A stretch of DNA of 64,000 nt from assembly GCA_049599475.1 (NCBI GenBank), contig JBMYOQ010000016.1, positions 11,128 through 75,127 on the forward strand, in the 5' to 3' direction. The notes beneath the pieces are model-generated. The model searched no databases. It was not told where the DNA came from and was given only the letters and a program-made list of their open reading frames with translations. This document shows, one piece after another, positions 30,875-41,000 of this stretch (position 1 is the stretch's first letter; each line of letters opens with the position of its first letter). The DNA is from Opitutales bacterium. Lineage in GTDB: Bacteria > Verrucomicrobiota > Verrucomicrobiia > Opitutales > JABSRG01. The translations under genes were made by a program, and so were the position numbers.

Positions 30875-31519
30875 ATGGATAGTTTTCAGGACTTTCTCCC
30901 TATTCTGGTGATTATCTTGGCCTCCCTGGGGCCAAAGATACTGGAGTTTTTCCAGAACCAGAGCAGCGAGGAAGAAGACCGCAACCAGCCGGCAGAGACC
31001 GAACAGCAACGGCGTATCAAAGAAGAGATACGCCGTCGCATTGAGGCTGCGAGGCAAGGCCAGCAACAGACTCAACAGCAGCAGCAACCTACACAGCAGG
31101 AGCGCCCGACCCAACAAACGTCGGGACCCCCTCCGCTGCAAACACAGCCGCCGCAGCGTCGCCAAGCCGCGCCACCGCCTCTTACGCCGACAGCCGACGG
31201 GGGCCGCACCTCTTATCAAAGGGCGCAATCTCCCGAGCCTACTGCTCGTTTCGATCCCAATAAGGCACAACGTGAGCTGGAAGCCGCGCAAGAGCGCTTG
31301 AAGTCGACACACCAAAGGCTAGAAGCCGCAAAGCGCGAGGCCAAGCAACGCGCACGCCGTGCAGAGAAAACGGCCGCAGCGCGGAATCAAGCAGCTCCCG
31401 AGCTCGTGGCTCTCTCAGCGCAAGGCCTTCGCGGCTCCCTACGCGACAAGAAGCAAATACGCCGTGCTATCCTGCTATCAGAAGTGCTCAGTAAGCCGAT
31501 TGCCATGCGGCAGTCCTGA
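30875..31519 (+). CDS. YqfB-like protein (N-terminal TM, Gln/Pro-rich linker, coiled coil)
   Basis: Follows floA; C-terminal RRAILLSEVLSKP motif resembles the partner genes of floA operons. Confidence 0.65.
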   Translation: MDSFQDFLPILVIILASLGPKILEFFQNQSSEEEDRNQPAETEQQRRIKEEIRRRIEAARQGQQQTQQQQQPTQQERPTQQTSGPPPLQTQPPQRRQAAPPPLTPTADGGRTSYQRAQSPEPTARFDPNKAQRELEAAQERLKSTHQRLEAAKREAKQRARRAEKTAAARNQAAPELVALSAQGLRGSLRDKKQIRRAILLSEVLSKPIAMRQS

Positions 31520-31558
31520 GCCGTTTAACCTTAATCTCCCGATACAAAAGCTCTCACC

Positions 31559-32173
31559 ATGTCACTTATAGTACTCGTCATCCTCGTCGGTGTCGCCGGT
31601 TTTGTCATATTTTCTTTGATGCAAAGCAAGGGCGGCCCGATCGCCCCTCCACCCGAAACGAGAGCGATGACGATCGAAAACGTCGATGTCGGCGGCACGA
31701 TCATGTTGAGTGGCGTTGGTCCCGACCTCGAGGACTTCGATCTTATTGTCACGGCCAAGCATATCTACGAAGAGGACGGCTACCTCTGGCACGAACTCGA
31801 AGCAGAAAAGGGGGCTAAGAAAGTCTGGATCACCGTAGAGAATGACGATGAGCTCGAGCTTTCGATCACCGTCAGCAAACACAAGCTGCGCGATGCCGGC
31901 CTGACTCCCGAGCAGCTTGACCAATTCAAAAAGGACGACGATGGTAGCTTCTCTCTGGATGATGTCACGTATCACTTGGAAGACTACGGCAAGGCAATCT
32001 TTTACCGTGGAGGCAATCGCGCCCAGGGTGAAAAATTCAAATACTGGGAGTTCGAGAGCAAAGACGAGCGCCATTATGCATCCGTGGAAATGTGGGGAAG
32101 CGGCGAATACGAGCTTCATATCTCGGAGCCCCTTCGCAGTGCCCAAATCCAAATCTTTACCCTCAAAGGCTAG
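31559..32173 (+). CDS. DUF4178-like (YjfK-like) membrane-anchored protein
   Basis: N-terminal TM; YEEDGYLWHE...WITVE, YWEF and SVEMW pattern; Psp/polyamine gene context. Confidence 0.75.
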   Translation: MSLIVLVILVGVAGFVIFSLMQSKGGPIAPPPETRAMTIENVDVGGTIMLSGVGPDLEDFDLIVTAKHIYEEDGYLWHELEAEKGAKKVWITVENDDELELSITVSKHKLRDAGLTPEQLDQFKKDDDGSFSLDDVTYHLEDYGKAIFYRGGNRAQGEKFKYWEFESKDERHYASVEMWGSGEYELHISEPLRSAQIQIFTLKG

Positions 32174-32176
32174 ACG

Positions 32177-33070
32177 ATGACCGAAGGCCTCATGTATTGG
32201 GTGGGCGAACCCTTAATTTACATCGTGCTAGGCGTCATAATAATGACTCTCGCCAAACTTGTAAACGACTGGACCACGCCCTACTGCGTCGATACTCAGC
32301 TCGCAAAGGAAGACAATCCCGCATTGGCCGTCAGCTTTGTCGGCTACATGCTCTCTGTAGTTGCTATTTTTATAGGGGCCTTAAGCGGGCCGTCACTGGG
32401 GCTTGTCTATGACTTAGGCCTCACCACGCTTTACAGTGTATTCGGAATCATCCTCCTCAACTTGTCACGAATCATCAATGACAAGCTGATTCTCAGCCAG
32501 TTTTCCAACGTCAAAGAGATAATTGAAGACCGCAACATTGGAACGGGCGCAGTCCAGTTCGGCTCCTACTTGGCAGCGGGACTCATTATCGCTGGATCCA
32601 TCCAGGGTAATCTGGATCCCGTAGGAGATGTCACAAGTTCCTGGCTCAACACTTGGTATGGAGGACTGGTCACAGCATCTGTATTTTTTGCACTGGGACA
32701 AATTGTTCTTATTTTCTTTTCGAAGATATACGACTGGATCACACCTTTCAGCGTGCACGACGAAATCGAGAAAGATAACGTGGCGGCCGGTATCGCATTC
32801 GGGGGTGCGCTCTTGGCCAACGGCATCGTGCTGATGCAAGCGTCTAGCGGCACTTTTATTGATTGGTCGACCAATCTCGGAAAATTCGCAGCAGAGGCCG
32901 CAGCTCTTTTAGTCCTCCTTCCCTTTGTCCGCTTTGTGTATGACAAATGTGTATACGCAAAGATCGATCTAAACGACGAAATCGTGAAAGACCGCAATAT
33001 CGGCGCTGGCTTCCTAGAAGCTGGAGGCATGATCGGATTCGCCCTCATTTTCATCGCAGCCCTCGGCTAG
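32177..33070 (+). CDS. DUF350 (YjfL-like) membrane protein with duplicated domains
   Basis: Repeated TP-x4-E/Q-x3-DN-x-A/G motifs (EDNPALA, DRNIGTG, KDNVAAG, DRNIGAG); about 8 TM helices. Confidence 0.85.
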   Translation: MTEGLMYWVGEPLIYIVLGVIIMTLAKLVNDWTTPYCVDTQLAKEDNPALAVSFVGYMLSVVAIFIGALSGPSLGLVYDLGLTTLYSVFGIILLNLSRIINDKLILSQFSNVKEIIEDRNIGTGAVQFGSYLAAGLIIAGSIQGNLDPVGDVTSSWLNTWYGGLVTASVFFALGQIVLIFFSKIYDWITPFSVHDEIEKDNVAAGIAFGGALLANGIVLMQASSGTFIDWSTNLGKFAAEAAALLVLLPFVRFVYDKCVYAKIDLNDEIVKDRNIGAGFLEAGGMIGFALIFIAALG

Positions 33071-33082
33071 GAGATTTTACCC

Positions 33083-33676
33083 ATGGCATTTCAATCTCCC
33101 AAAAACAATATCGGCTTCCAAGTAACAGTAATCTTGGGGGTTTTCTCTCTGATCTGTCTAGCGACTGCAGCCGTCTTCAACATGGACAGCGGTAAGGCAA
33201 TCTCCATGACGGTCCCCGGCAAAGGAGAGTTTTCAGAAAGCTTTAAGTCTGAAAAGAAGAACCAAGTCTATTTTGTTCAACTCAGAGGAAGCACCGGGAA
33301 CCTCCCTTGGAATTCTGGATGGTCTGAGGCCGAAGTAGAAATAGCAGATGCGAACAATACCCCCTTATTTGCCTTTGGTGGAGATTTTTGGCGCGAAGCA
33401 GGTCGAGACGACGACGGTCCCTGGCAGGAACATAAGAGCCTCAATAAGATGAAAATCACCCTGCGCGACCCAGGCACTTACAATTTAAATGTAGATTTCA
33501 ATTCAAGCGTCGCCAACCCTGGCAAACTCACGGTGACCTTGCACCCAAAGCGCGCCAGCAGCCTACCGTTCTTCGTGCTCGGAATCATTTCATTCATCGC
33601 CGCAGTCGCGATCGGATATTTCTCGTCTAAAACAATCGTTCACCAAGCAGTACGAAATTTTGATTATGAATTTTAA
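33083..33676 (+). CDS. Hypothetical membrane protein (TM - beta-rich domain - TM)
   Basis: Two terminal hydrophobic helices; acidic GRDDDGPWQE motif; in-operon spacing. Confidence 0.75.
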   Translation: MAFQSPKNNIGFQVTVILGVFSLICLATAAVFNMDSGKAISMTVPGKGEFSESFKSEKKNQVYFVQLRGSTGNLPWNSGWSEAEVEIADANNTPLFAFGGDFWREAGRDDDGPWQEHKSLNKMKITLRDPGTYNLNVDFNSSVANPGKLTVTLHPKRASSLPFFVLGIISFIAAVAIGYFSSKTIVHQAVRNFDYEF

Positions 33677-33929
33677 ACTACTTGCCCTCATCGGCATTCT
33701 CGGCGCCGTCTACGCAACCGCATACGCCGCAAGCCTACGCGGCTATGGCTACGCCGGGCACAAAACGTATAAACGCAACGACGGCAGCTACTACTATGGT
33801 GGAGGCCCCAGCTTCTTCTACTGGGGCGGATCACGATACTACGACTCCGGCACCAGTGGAGGCAGTTTACGCGGCGGATCTCCGGGGGGGCCGAGTGTCC
33901 GTGGCGGGGGTCCCAGCTCCGGCAAATAA
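33666..33929 (+). CDS. Small secreted/membrane Gly-Tyr-Ser-rich protein ending ...VRGGGPSSGK
   Basis: Signal/TM N-terminus and low-complexity tail; overlaps the upstream stop and ends 10 bp before speE. Confidence 0.75.
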   Translation: MNFKLLALIGILGAVYATAYAASLRGYGYAGHKTYKRNDGSYYYGGGPSFFYWGGSRYYDSGTSGGSLRGGSPGGPSVRGGGPSSGK

Positions 33930-33939
33930 GCTATTTTGA

Positions 33940-35499
33940 ATGGCAGACACCGCGAATACACCCAACAATGCAGAGCGCCAGCAAACCCTAGCGCTCACGT
34001 TTTCTGTATTCGTCGCCGGCTTATGCTCCATTGTCTACGAGCTGCTCATTGCCACAGTCTCTTCCTATTTTCTCGGGAATAGTGTCACCAAATTTTCCTT
34101 AACCATCGGCATTTACATGGCCGCGATGGGCCTGGGAGCATGGATTTCGCGCCACATTCAGCGAGACGAATACAGCTTCTTTGTAAAAATGGAAATCGCG
34201 CTCGGCTTCCTCGGCGGCCTGAGCGTACCTATCTTATTTGCCACCTACAGCTTCATTCCCGATTCCTATATCTGGGTAATGGTCTTACTCACGGCGGGAA
34301 TTGGCGTTTTGATCGGCTTCGAGATACCCATGCTCACACGCCTGCTTGAGCGCTTTTACACGCTCAAGATGAATATATCCCATGTATTGAGCTTGGACTA
34401 CTTCGGGGCTCTGATTGCCACGCTGCTCTTTCCCTTTGTCCTCCTGCCATGGATCGGCCCATTCCGCAGCTCTCTGCTTTTTGGCATAGTGAACATGAGT
34501 ATCGGATTCCTGGTACTTTGGAAATTTCCCAATGCCTTCAATCCCGGGGCGCGCAAGTACTACGCCTTCCTCAGCAGCTCGGTACTTACCCTCTTAGTGG
34601 GCCTACTCATTGCATCCCAGGCTCTGATCAGCAACTGGTCCGACAGCTTGTATGATGACACCGTAATCTTGGAAAAGCAGACGCCCTACCAGCGTATCGT
34701 CGTGACACGCTACGGGGAAGACGTCCGACTTTTCCTCGATGGAAACCTACAATTCTCATCCCGCGACGAGTTTCGCTACCACGAGGCGATCGCCCATCCT
34801 GCTTTGGCCCAAACTCGGAACCGCCAAGACGTCCTGATCCTAGGAGGCGGCGATGGCCTGCTAGCGCGCGAAGTTCTCAAATGGCCGGATGTTGAACAGA
34901 TCATCATGGTGGACCTCGATCCGGCGGTAACTGATCTCGCCCGAGCCCACCCCCTCTTCACCCAACTGAACGATGATGCCCTGAAAGACCCACGTATAGA
35001 AGTCATCAACGGGGACGCCTTCCAATTTCTGGATACAGCCGAAGGACGAGAATTCCAGACAATCATCGCTGACCTACCGGATCCCAACAACATTTCCCTA
35101 GCGCGCCTCTACAGCCGCGAATTCTATCGACTTGTCCGCTCTCGATTGGCGCCTGGAGGCGTCTTCGTCACTCAGGCCACGAGCCCCTATTTTGCCACCG
35201 AAACTTTCTGGCAGATCCAAGAAACGGTCTCATCCGCCGGCTTCGGAGACACACTTCCCTACCATGCAGACGTCCCCAGCTTCGGCGATTGGGGCTTCAT
35301 TATGGCTGCCAACCACTCCCTGGAGACCGAACTCCGCGGCCTGCCCAATGAATTACGTTTTTTGAGCGAAGAAGGCTTCCCGGTGCTCACCCATTTTAGT
35401 AAAGATCTTAGCAGAGATAATTTTGCTGTCCTCCCAAACACTCTAGACAATCCCACCCTTCTGGCCCGCTACCTTAAAGCAGTGCGAGATTGGCGATAA
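33940..35499 (+). CDS. speE: Membrane-anchored polyamine aminopropyltransferase (spermidine synthase family)
   Basis: About 7 N-terminal TM helices (GLCSIVYELL...); catalytic domain LFLDGNLQFS...DEFRYHE, LILGGGDG, IADLPDP and VPSFGDWGF. Confidence 0.92.
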   Translation: MADTANTPNNAERQQTLALTFSVFVAGLCSIVYELLIATVSSYFLGNSVTKFSLTIGIYMAAMGLGAWISRHIQRDEYSFFVKMEIALGFLGGLSVPILFATYSFIPDSYIWVMVLLTAGIGVLIGFEIPMLTRLLERFYTLKMNISHVLSLDYFGALIATLLFPFVLLPWIGPFRSSLLFGIVNMSIGFLVLWKFPNAFNPGARKYYAFLSSSVLTLLVGLLIASQALISNWSDSLYDDTVILEKQTPYQRIVVTRYGEDVRLFLDGNLQFSSRDEFRYHEAIAHPALAQTRNRQDVLILGGGDGLLAREVLKWPDVEQIIMVDLDPAVTDLARAHPLFTQLNDDALKDPRIEVINGDAFQFLDTAEGREFQTIIADLPDPNNISLARLYSREFYRLVRSRLAPGGVFVTQATSPYFATETFWQIQETVSSAGFGDTLPYHADVPSFGDWGFIMAANHSLETELRGLPNELRFLSEEGFPVLTHFSKDLSRDNFAVLPNTLDNPTLLARYLKAVRDWR

Positions 35500-35539
35500 A
35501 CCGTTTCTCAATTAAAAGACTCAAATCAAATCGAACCCC

Positions 35540-35956
35540 ATGGAAAGTATACAAGTCACAACCGAACGCTCCGACGGTCTCGTCGAGTTCTTACAGCTCA
35601 ACGACTTCATAGTCACCGAACTCGAGGGCAACATCCTGCAAGTTGTCCGCGGTGAAGAGCTACCTGTTTATCTGTATCAAAACAACAATTCACTCCACTT
35701 CGAAGTGGACTTGGGCAACATCTCTGGAATCGCCAGCAAAGAACTCTATGAAGCCCTCCTCGACGCCAACACTACCGTTCAGCCCGTGTGCTTCGCGCTC
35801 AGCTCGAGCAACCCCGAGGACCCACGCCTGATCATTACGGAAAGCCAATTCACGCAAGATCTCTGCGACCAAGAGATTCTTGGAATCTTCGACGCCCTCG
35901 AACTCGCCGCTGATACCGCGGAAACGATCCTGTCACCCTTTCTGCAAAACGCCTAA
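35540..35956 (+). CDS. YjfI/CesT-like (T3SS-chaperone fold) acidic protein
   Basis: 138 aa, acidic; ELYEALLDAN...FAL pattern; directly upstream of the pspA homologue, like yjfI-yjfJ. Confidence 0.6.
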   Translation: MESIQVTTERSDGLVEFLQLNDFIVTELEGNILQVVRGEELPVYLYQNNNSLHFEVDLGNISGIASKELYEALLDANTTVQPVCFALSSSNPEDPRLIITESQFTQDLCDQEILGIFDALELAADTAETILSPFLQNA

Positions 35957-35968
35957 TTCCCCACTGCT

Positions 35969-36670
35969 ATGAGTATATTTAGCCGCATATTTAATATTGG
36001 TAAGGCCAACGTAAACAAGGCCCTCGACTCGATGGAAAAGCCCGAGGTCATGCTCGATCAGGCGATTCGCAATAAGGAAAAGCAGATCATGGAAGCGAAA
36101 AAAGCGATCCAGGGCTGCATTGCCACCGAGCACCAGACCAAGAAACTGCTCGAACAGGAAAAAGCCGAACAACTCGCCTGGGAGCAACGCGCCCAAGAAG
36201 CCCTCAAGAGTGGCCGCGAAGATCTCGCAGCGAAGGCCCTCCAGCGCGCCATGGAGTACGAGCAAAAGGCAACCGACCTTCAGGCCAATTGGGAAAGCCA
36301 GCGTGCCGCCACCTCAGAGCTCAAGCGCGACATCCTAAAAATGGACGACGAGCTTAAGGACTTCCGCCGAAATAAGGACTTTATCATCGCTCAATCCAAG
36401 GCTGCCGACGTCAAGAAAAGCATCTATGAGGCTAAGGCTAAGATCAGCAAGGATCGCTCAGCCGACGACCTCATGGAGCGCATGAAACGAAAAGCGGAGC
36501 GCTCAGGTGCCGAGGCTGATGCAGCCAAGGAGCTCGCAGAAACTTTCGACGGTAAAGACTCCCTTGAGAAAGAATTCGAGTCTATGGAAAGCTCCGGCGT
36601 CTCTCCGTCTGTCGCCGAAAAATTGGCGGCGATGAAGGCTGGCCTCAACAAGGGTCAACCCGGGGCATAA
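35969..36670 (+). CDS. PspA/IM30 (bacterial ESCRT-III) family protein
   Basis: MSIFSRIFNIGKANVNKALDSMEKPEVMLDQAIR, WEQRAQEALKSGREDLA and long coiled coils. Confidence 0.93.
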   Translation: MSIFSRIFNIGKANVNKALDSMEKPEVMLDQAIRNKEKQIMEAKKAIQGCIATEHQTKKLLEQEKAEQLAWEQRAQEALKSGREDLAAKALQRAMEYEQKATDLQANWESQRAATSELKRDILKMDDELKDFRRNKDFIIAQSKAADVKKSIYEAKAKISKDRSADDLMERMKRKAERSGAEADAAKELAETFDGKDSLEKEFESMESSGVSPSVAEKLAAMKAGLNKGQPGA

Positions 36671-36678
36671 CCGGACTC

Positions 36679-37080
36679 ATGGGAATGCCAATACCAGCTC
36701 CTTTCAATGGGCCCGAAGCCGAGAAATCACACTCGGCTTCGGGCACCCATGTCTTAGCGGAGCTGAATGGCTGTCCTGAACACCTGCTCAATTGTCCTCA
36801 AACACTGGATACTGAGCTGGTCTCAGCAGCCAAAGGGGCAGGCGCGACCGTTGTAAGCTCGCACTTTCACCACTTCAGTCCCCACGGAGTGAGCGGAGTC
36901 GTGGTGATCGCCGAGAGCCACATCACCCTACACACGTGGCCAGAAATAGGCTACGCCGCCCTCGACGTTTTTACCTGCGGCCATCCAGATCTCCCACTCC
37001 GTATCGCGCAGAAGATTGAAAAGATCCTAGGTGCCCAGACCTCAAAGATTCGAGAAATCAGCCGAGGTCCCAATGAGTGA
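36679..37080 (+). CDS. speD: S-adenosylmethionine decarboxylase proenzyme (class 1B)
   Basis: GTHVLAEL, FSPHGVSGVVVIAE-SHITLHTWPE (pyruvoyl self-cleavage site) and DVFTCG. Confidence 0.93.
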   Translation: MGMPIPAPFNGPEAEKSHSASGTHVLAELNGCPEHLLNCPQTLDTELVSAAKGAGATVVSSHFHHFSPHGVSGVVVIAESHITLHTWPEIGYAALDVFTCGHPDLPLRIAQKIEKILGAQTSKIREISRGPNE

Positions 37081-37152
37081 GGATACATACAGACGCATGG
37101 ACAAAACGGTATTTTCCGCTCGCAAACGCGAATGAAGAACGCCGATCCCAAA

Positions 37153-37965
37153 TTACTGTGGAGTATCTGAAATCCGAAAACGAATCGGAAACATAAAACG
37201 CGCATTCACGGGACGCCCGTTCTTCTTCGGGACTTCAAAAACACAGCTCTCTGCGCAGCGAATTGCAGGCATTATAAAGGCCAATTCTGCGGCTTCTACA
37301 ACCCGCTCGACCCATACCGATCCGTCTGTCTGGATTAGGACAAGCAGCTTTACCAAGCCTTCCACTCGTTGCCTGCGCAAGTCCATCGGATACTCTGGAG
37401 GATTCCCCGAGAGGCGCTTGGGAACGGCATCCAACTCATTCAGGCTAAACGAATTCTGACTCGAGTTAGAAGAGGTCGACCCGCCAGTCTGGTTTTTCAT
37501 AGTGTCCATAAAGGACTTCAGCCGCTGGGTAAGCTCCTCCTTGCTCAGACCGTCCAACTCCCCACGAAGGGAATCTGCCGAAGGCTTCGCATCATTCGCC
37601 GGACCATCTAATTGAAAATCTACCGTTAAGACTGTTCGCGCTTTGACCGGCTCTCCGTTTCTCAGCGGAGGCTCGTAGACCAGGGCTCCCGCGTATATCC
37701 GAGCCGAGGCCTCGAACAGTTTGTTTGAGGATTCTATGATCCGGGTTATCTCAGTGTTGCCCTCTTCATTAATGAGAATAGCCATGCGCACACTCCCGAC
37801 AACACCCTCTGCTTTTAAACCCTCCGGATAATAGAGGTCTGGCTCATGCACCAGCGCCGGCCTGCCGTCCAACTCCGTTAAAAAGTAGAAACGATCATCG
37901 GCATGGAGACAGGTCACACAACATAGCAGTCCAACCATCCATTTGAGGGCTCTTTTCAAACACAT
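37153..37965 (-). CDS. TonB-family protein with two TonB C-terminal domains
   Basis: Signal peptide; YYPEGL...GVVG-x-V...PPLRNGEPV, and a second PEYPMDL...EGLV...VPKKNGRPV. Confidence 0.82.
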   Translation of the reverse strand: MCLKRALKWMVGLLCCVTCLHADDRFYFLTELDGRPALVHEPDLYYPEGLKAEGVVGSVRMAILINEEGNTEITRIIESSNKLFEASARIYAGALVYEPPLRNGEPVKARTVLTVDFQLDGPANDAKPSADSLRGELDGLSKEELTQRLKSFMDTMKNQTGGSTSSNSSQNSFSLNELDAVPKRLSGNPPEYPMDLRRQRVEGLVKLLVLIQTDGSVWVERVVEAAELAFIMPAIRCAESCVFEVPKKNGRPVNARFMFPIRFRISDTPQ

Positions 37966-38097
37966 AATGCTCAGATCAAGAATGCTAATTCTAAAAATGC
38001 TAGCCTATAGATTCAAAAAGATACAATCGGGTCAACAGCTCCCCAGCATCAAAAAGAGCTGGCATTCGGCATCTTCGCTGCTCAAAAAACATGCATA

Positions 38098-41000
38098 ATG
38101 GGTATCCGCTTTATAGTTATAATCCTATGTTTGTTAATCAGCTTTCACTCGGCGAGCGCTGATACCGAAGCGAATAGTTCATTTTCTGAGGCCTTCAAAG
38201 AAGCCCTGAAAATACCCGAATCCTATCGGGTTGTCGAACCGAGCTGGGGACTCATCGTCGCAGACAAAGATGGAAGAATATGGCGGAGCAATGCCCGTGT
38301 TTCTAGGACAGGGAAGTTCAATGGTGAAGATGAAGCCCTGTTCTTCAGCCAGATGCGGGGTCGCAACTTCCAGCTCTCCATCCAGCCAGTCTTCCTGGAA
38401 AATACCGAAATCCCGCTCTATACTATCGCGGAAGCCTGGTATTCCCTACACGGCATTTCCTTAGGAGAATCCGACATCCTGAATATGGAACCCTTGGAGC
38501 AACCGGCTGGAGAGCCCTGGTTGCAGATAGATACCATCGTTCACCAGGAAAATCATTCGGACACCATTTCTACTCTCATTGCGCGCTTGGACTCGGTGGT
38601 CATCATCGCAAATGCATGGAAATCCCATGACGAGCCCTTCGTCAACCTACCTCGTTTCACAGAAATATTTCAACTGCATCCCGAGCTTTCCCTCTCAAAT
38701 GTGAGTGGCCTCCCACGGAGCGCGAACAGCACCGAACAAGCAACGGTCATCAATCACATTGGCCTGAGCCTGTTCAACCAGGGCAATCTCATTTGGGCAG
38801 CAGATCTATTCAAAAGAGCACATCGCTTAGACCCATTCTACGAAGATTACTTCCGCAACTCGGTATTGGCCCTACAGAAATCTGGGCAACATGCCGCAGT
38901 GGAAACCCTGATCAAGGAAGCGCCTATCGGCATGCAAAAATCTCCGGCTATTGTGCAAATGCGTGTATCCAGCCTCATTGCGCTAGGCGAGAGCGCACGG
39001 GCAGCCGAGATTCTCAAGAGAGAAATTGATCGAGGAGTCAAAAGTGAATCCGTGATCATCCAATATATGAACTCCCTTTTCGCTCTAGAGGAATTCGCCG
39101 AAGTCCGCGATGTAGGTGTCGAAGCCCTCGAACAAGGTCTAAATTCTTCGACAATCATGAGCAACCTGGGATGGGCGTATCTCAGGCTTGAGGACTACGA
39201 AAATGCCCGAGAAACCTTCCAAGGCATGGGCCGTCTTTTGAACGCCAACCTCGAAGCTTCCTATGGATGGATGCAACTCCTCCTGGAAGAGGAGAAATAT
39301 GAAGAATGCACAGCCTTTGGTATTAATATTTTTGAGACGAAGGGTGATCTTTCAGCTCTATCCTATGCAATACGAGGCCTTATCGAAACAGGTGATCATG
39401 ATACGGCGGAAGAATATATTACCGTCGGCCTCAAACGCAATCCTGCCAACCCGGATCTACTCCAATGGGATGAGTATGTGAAAAGCCTCACCGGCGAGGG
39501 TGTATCTCGAGAAGCGTCTACCCCAATCGAAGCCCTCGTGATCAATCAGGATCTACAGACTCAGATCGACACATGGAAATCCCAGGAGCCCGCAGTATCC
39601 GAAGAATTATTACAAAACATAGAAGACAAGGGCGCAATGTATAATGAAGTCACCACGATTACAGAGTGGATATCCGGCGACTCCTATACCACAACCACGC
39701 GTCTCGTCGCCACGATCAAATCGAAATCCACGGTGGACGCCTTCAAGCAGTTCGTGTTCAATTTCAACCCGTTCTCAGAGTCGATCTACATCAACAAAAT
39801 TGAAGTACGCGACGAGACTGGAGCCATTCTCGCAACTGAAAACCGCGACAAGTTTGTGGTTCGCCACGAAGACTCTTCAGCCTACGCCACAGAGGATCGC
39901 ATACTCATTGTTCCGATTCCAAGCATTCGCAAAGGGCGCACTCTAGAGCTCGTCTACACCCGACAAAGACGTGGCACCGAAGTGAAATTTCCGTTCACAC
40001 AGAATTTCTTCACAGGAGTCTATCCCGTCATGGAGTCTCATTACATTTTGCATGACAAAGAAGGGGCCCTGCACGCTAAAGCCTCTGGGATCGAAAAACA
40101 CGTTTCTCTAGAAAACGGAGCTCTGTGGTCAGTATTCAATGCAAAAGGATTACCCAGCGAAGACAACCTACCGACACCCGTCCAAATCGAGCCTGTCTTG
40201 AGAATTTCCAGCCAAGAGAAATCCTGGACTGAGCTAGCCTCAGATTACAAAGAACGTATCGACCATACACTTACTGAGTCTTCTGAGACGATGGACGAAT
40301 GGATCAAGGAACACATCGAAAAGCATTCGAACCACGAAGATTCACTAGCTTCCGCGCTCACCGCAATTCGAGAAAACTTCAACTACCAAGGCTACCTATT
40401 TGGCGAGCGCGCCCAAGTGCCCAACTTACCTAGCGATATCATCAACAACGGCTATGGGGACTGCAAAGATCTCAGCCTTCTCCTTCATAAGACTTTAGAA
40501 TTCCTCGAGATTCCGAGCTTCCTCACTCTAGTAAACACGAAAGGAGCCATCGCAACCGACATCCCATCTATCGATCAATTTGACCATATGATCGTCTACA
40601 GCCCAGGCCTCGGAGAATCCGGGCGCTTCCTCGACGCTACCGAAGCCTTCGCAACCGGTCTCACCGATCCGACTCATCTACAAAACGTCGAGGCGTTTGT
40701 CTTGGATTGGGACAATCCTCGCTTCGAGAAAATCAATCATTCTAAACCCACGGAAACCCCCATCTATTCCGAGCGCGAGGTAGTCCTTGAGACTGATGGC
40801 GCAATCAATGTCACAGAATCCATCACAATGCGTGGCCGTGCGGCCGAGAATTTTAAACGCTGGCTATCCACGATGACTCCAACTGAGCGCCGAGATGCGA
40901 TTCAAAGGTGGATGAATCACAACAAGCTCACGCTTCAAGTAGACTCAATATCCACCGAAAATGTAGAATCTCTCTACACTCCTCTATTTCTCGAAATTAC

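Noticed and set aside
31060..31160. CAG/CAA-rich low-complexity tract
   Set aside because: It encodes the Gln/Pro linker of the YqfB-like protein and is not a repeat array.
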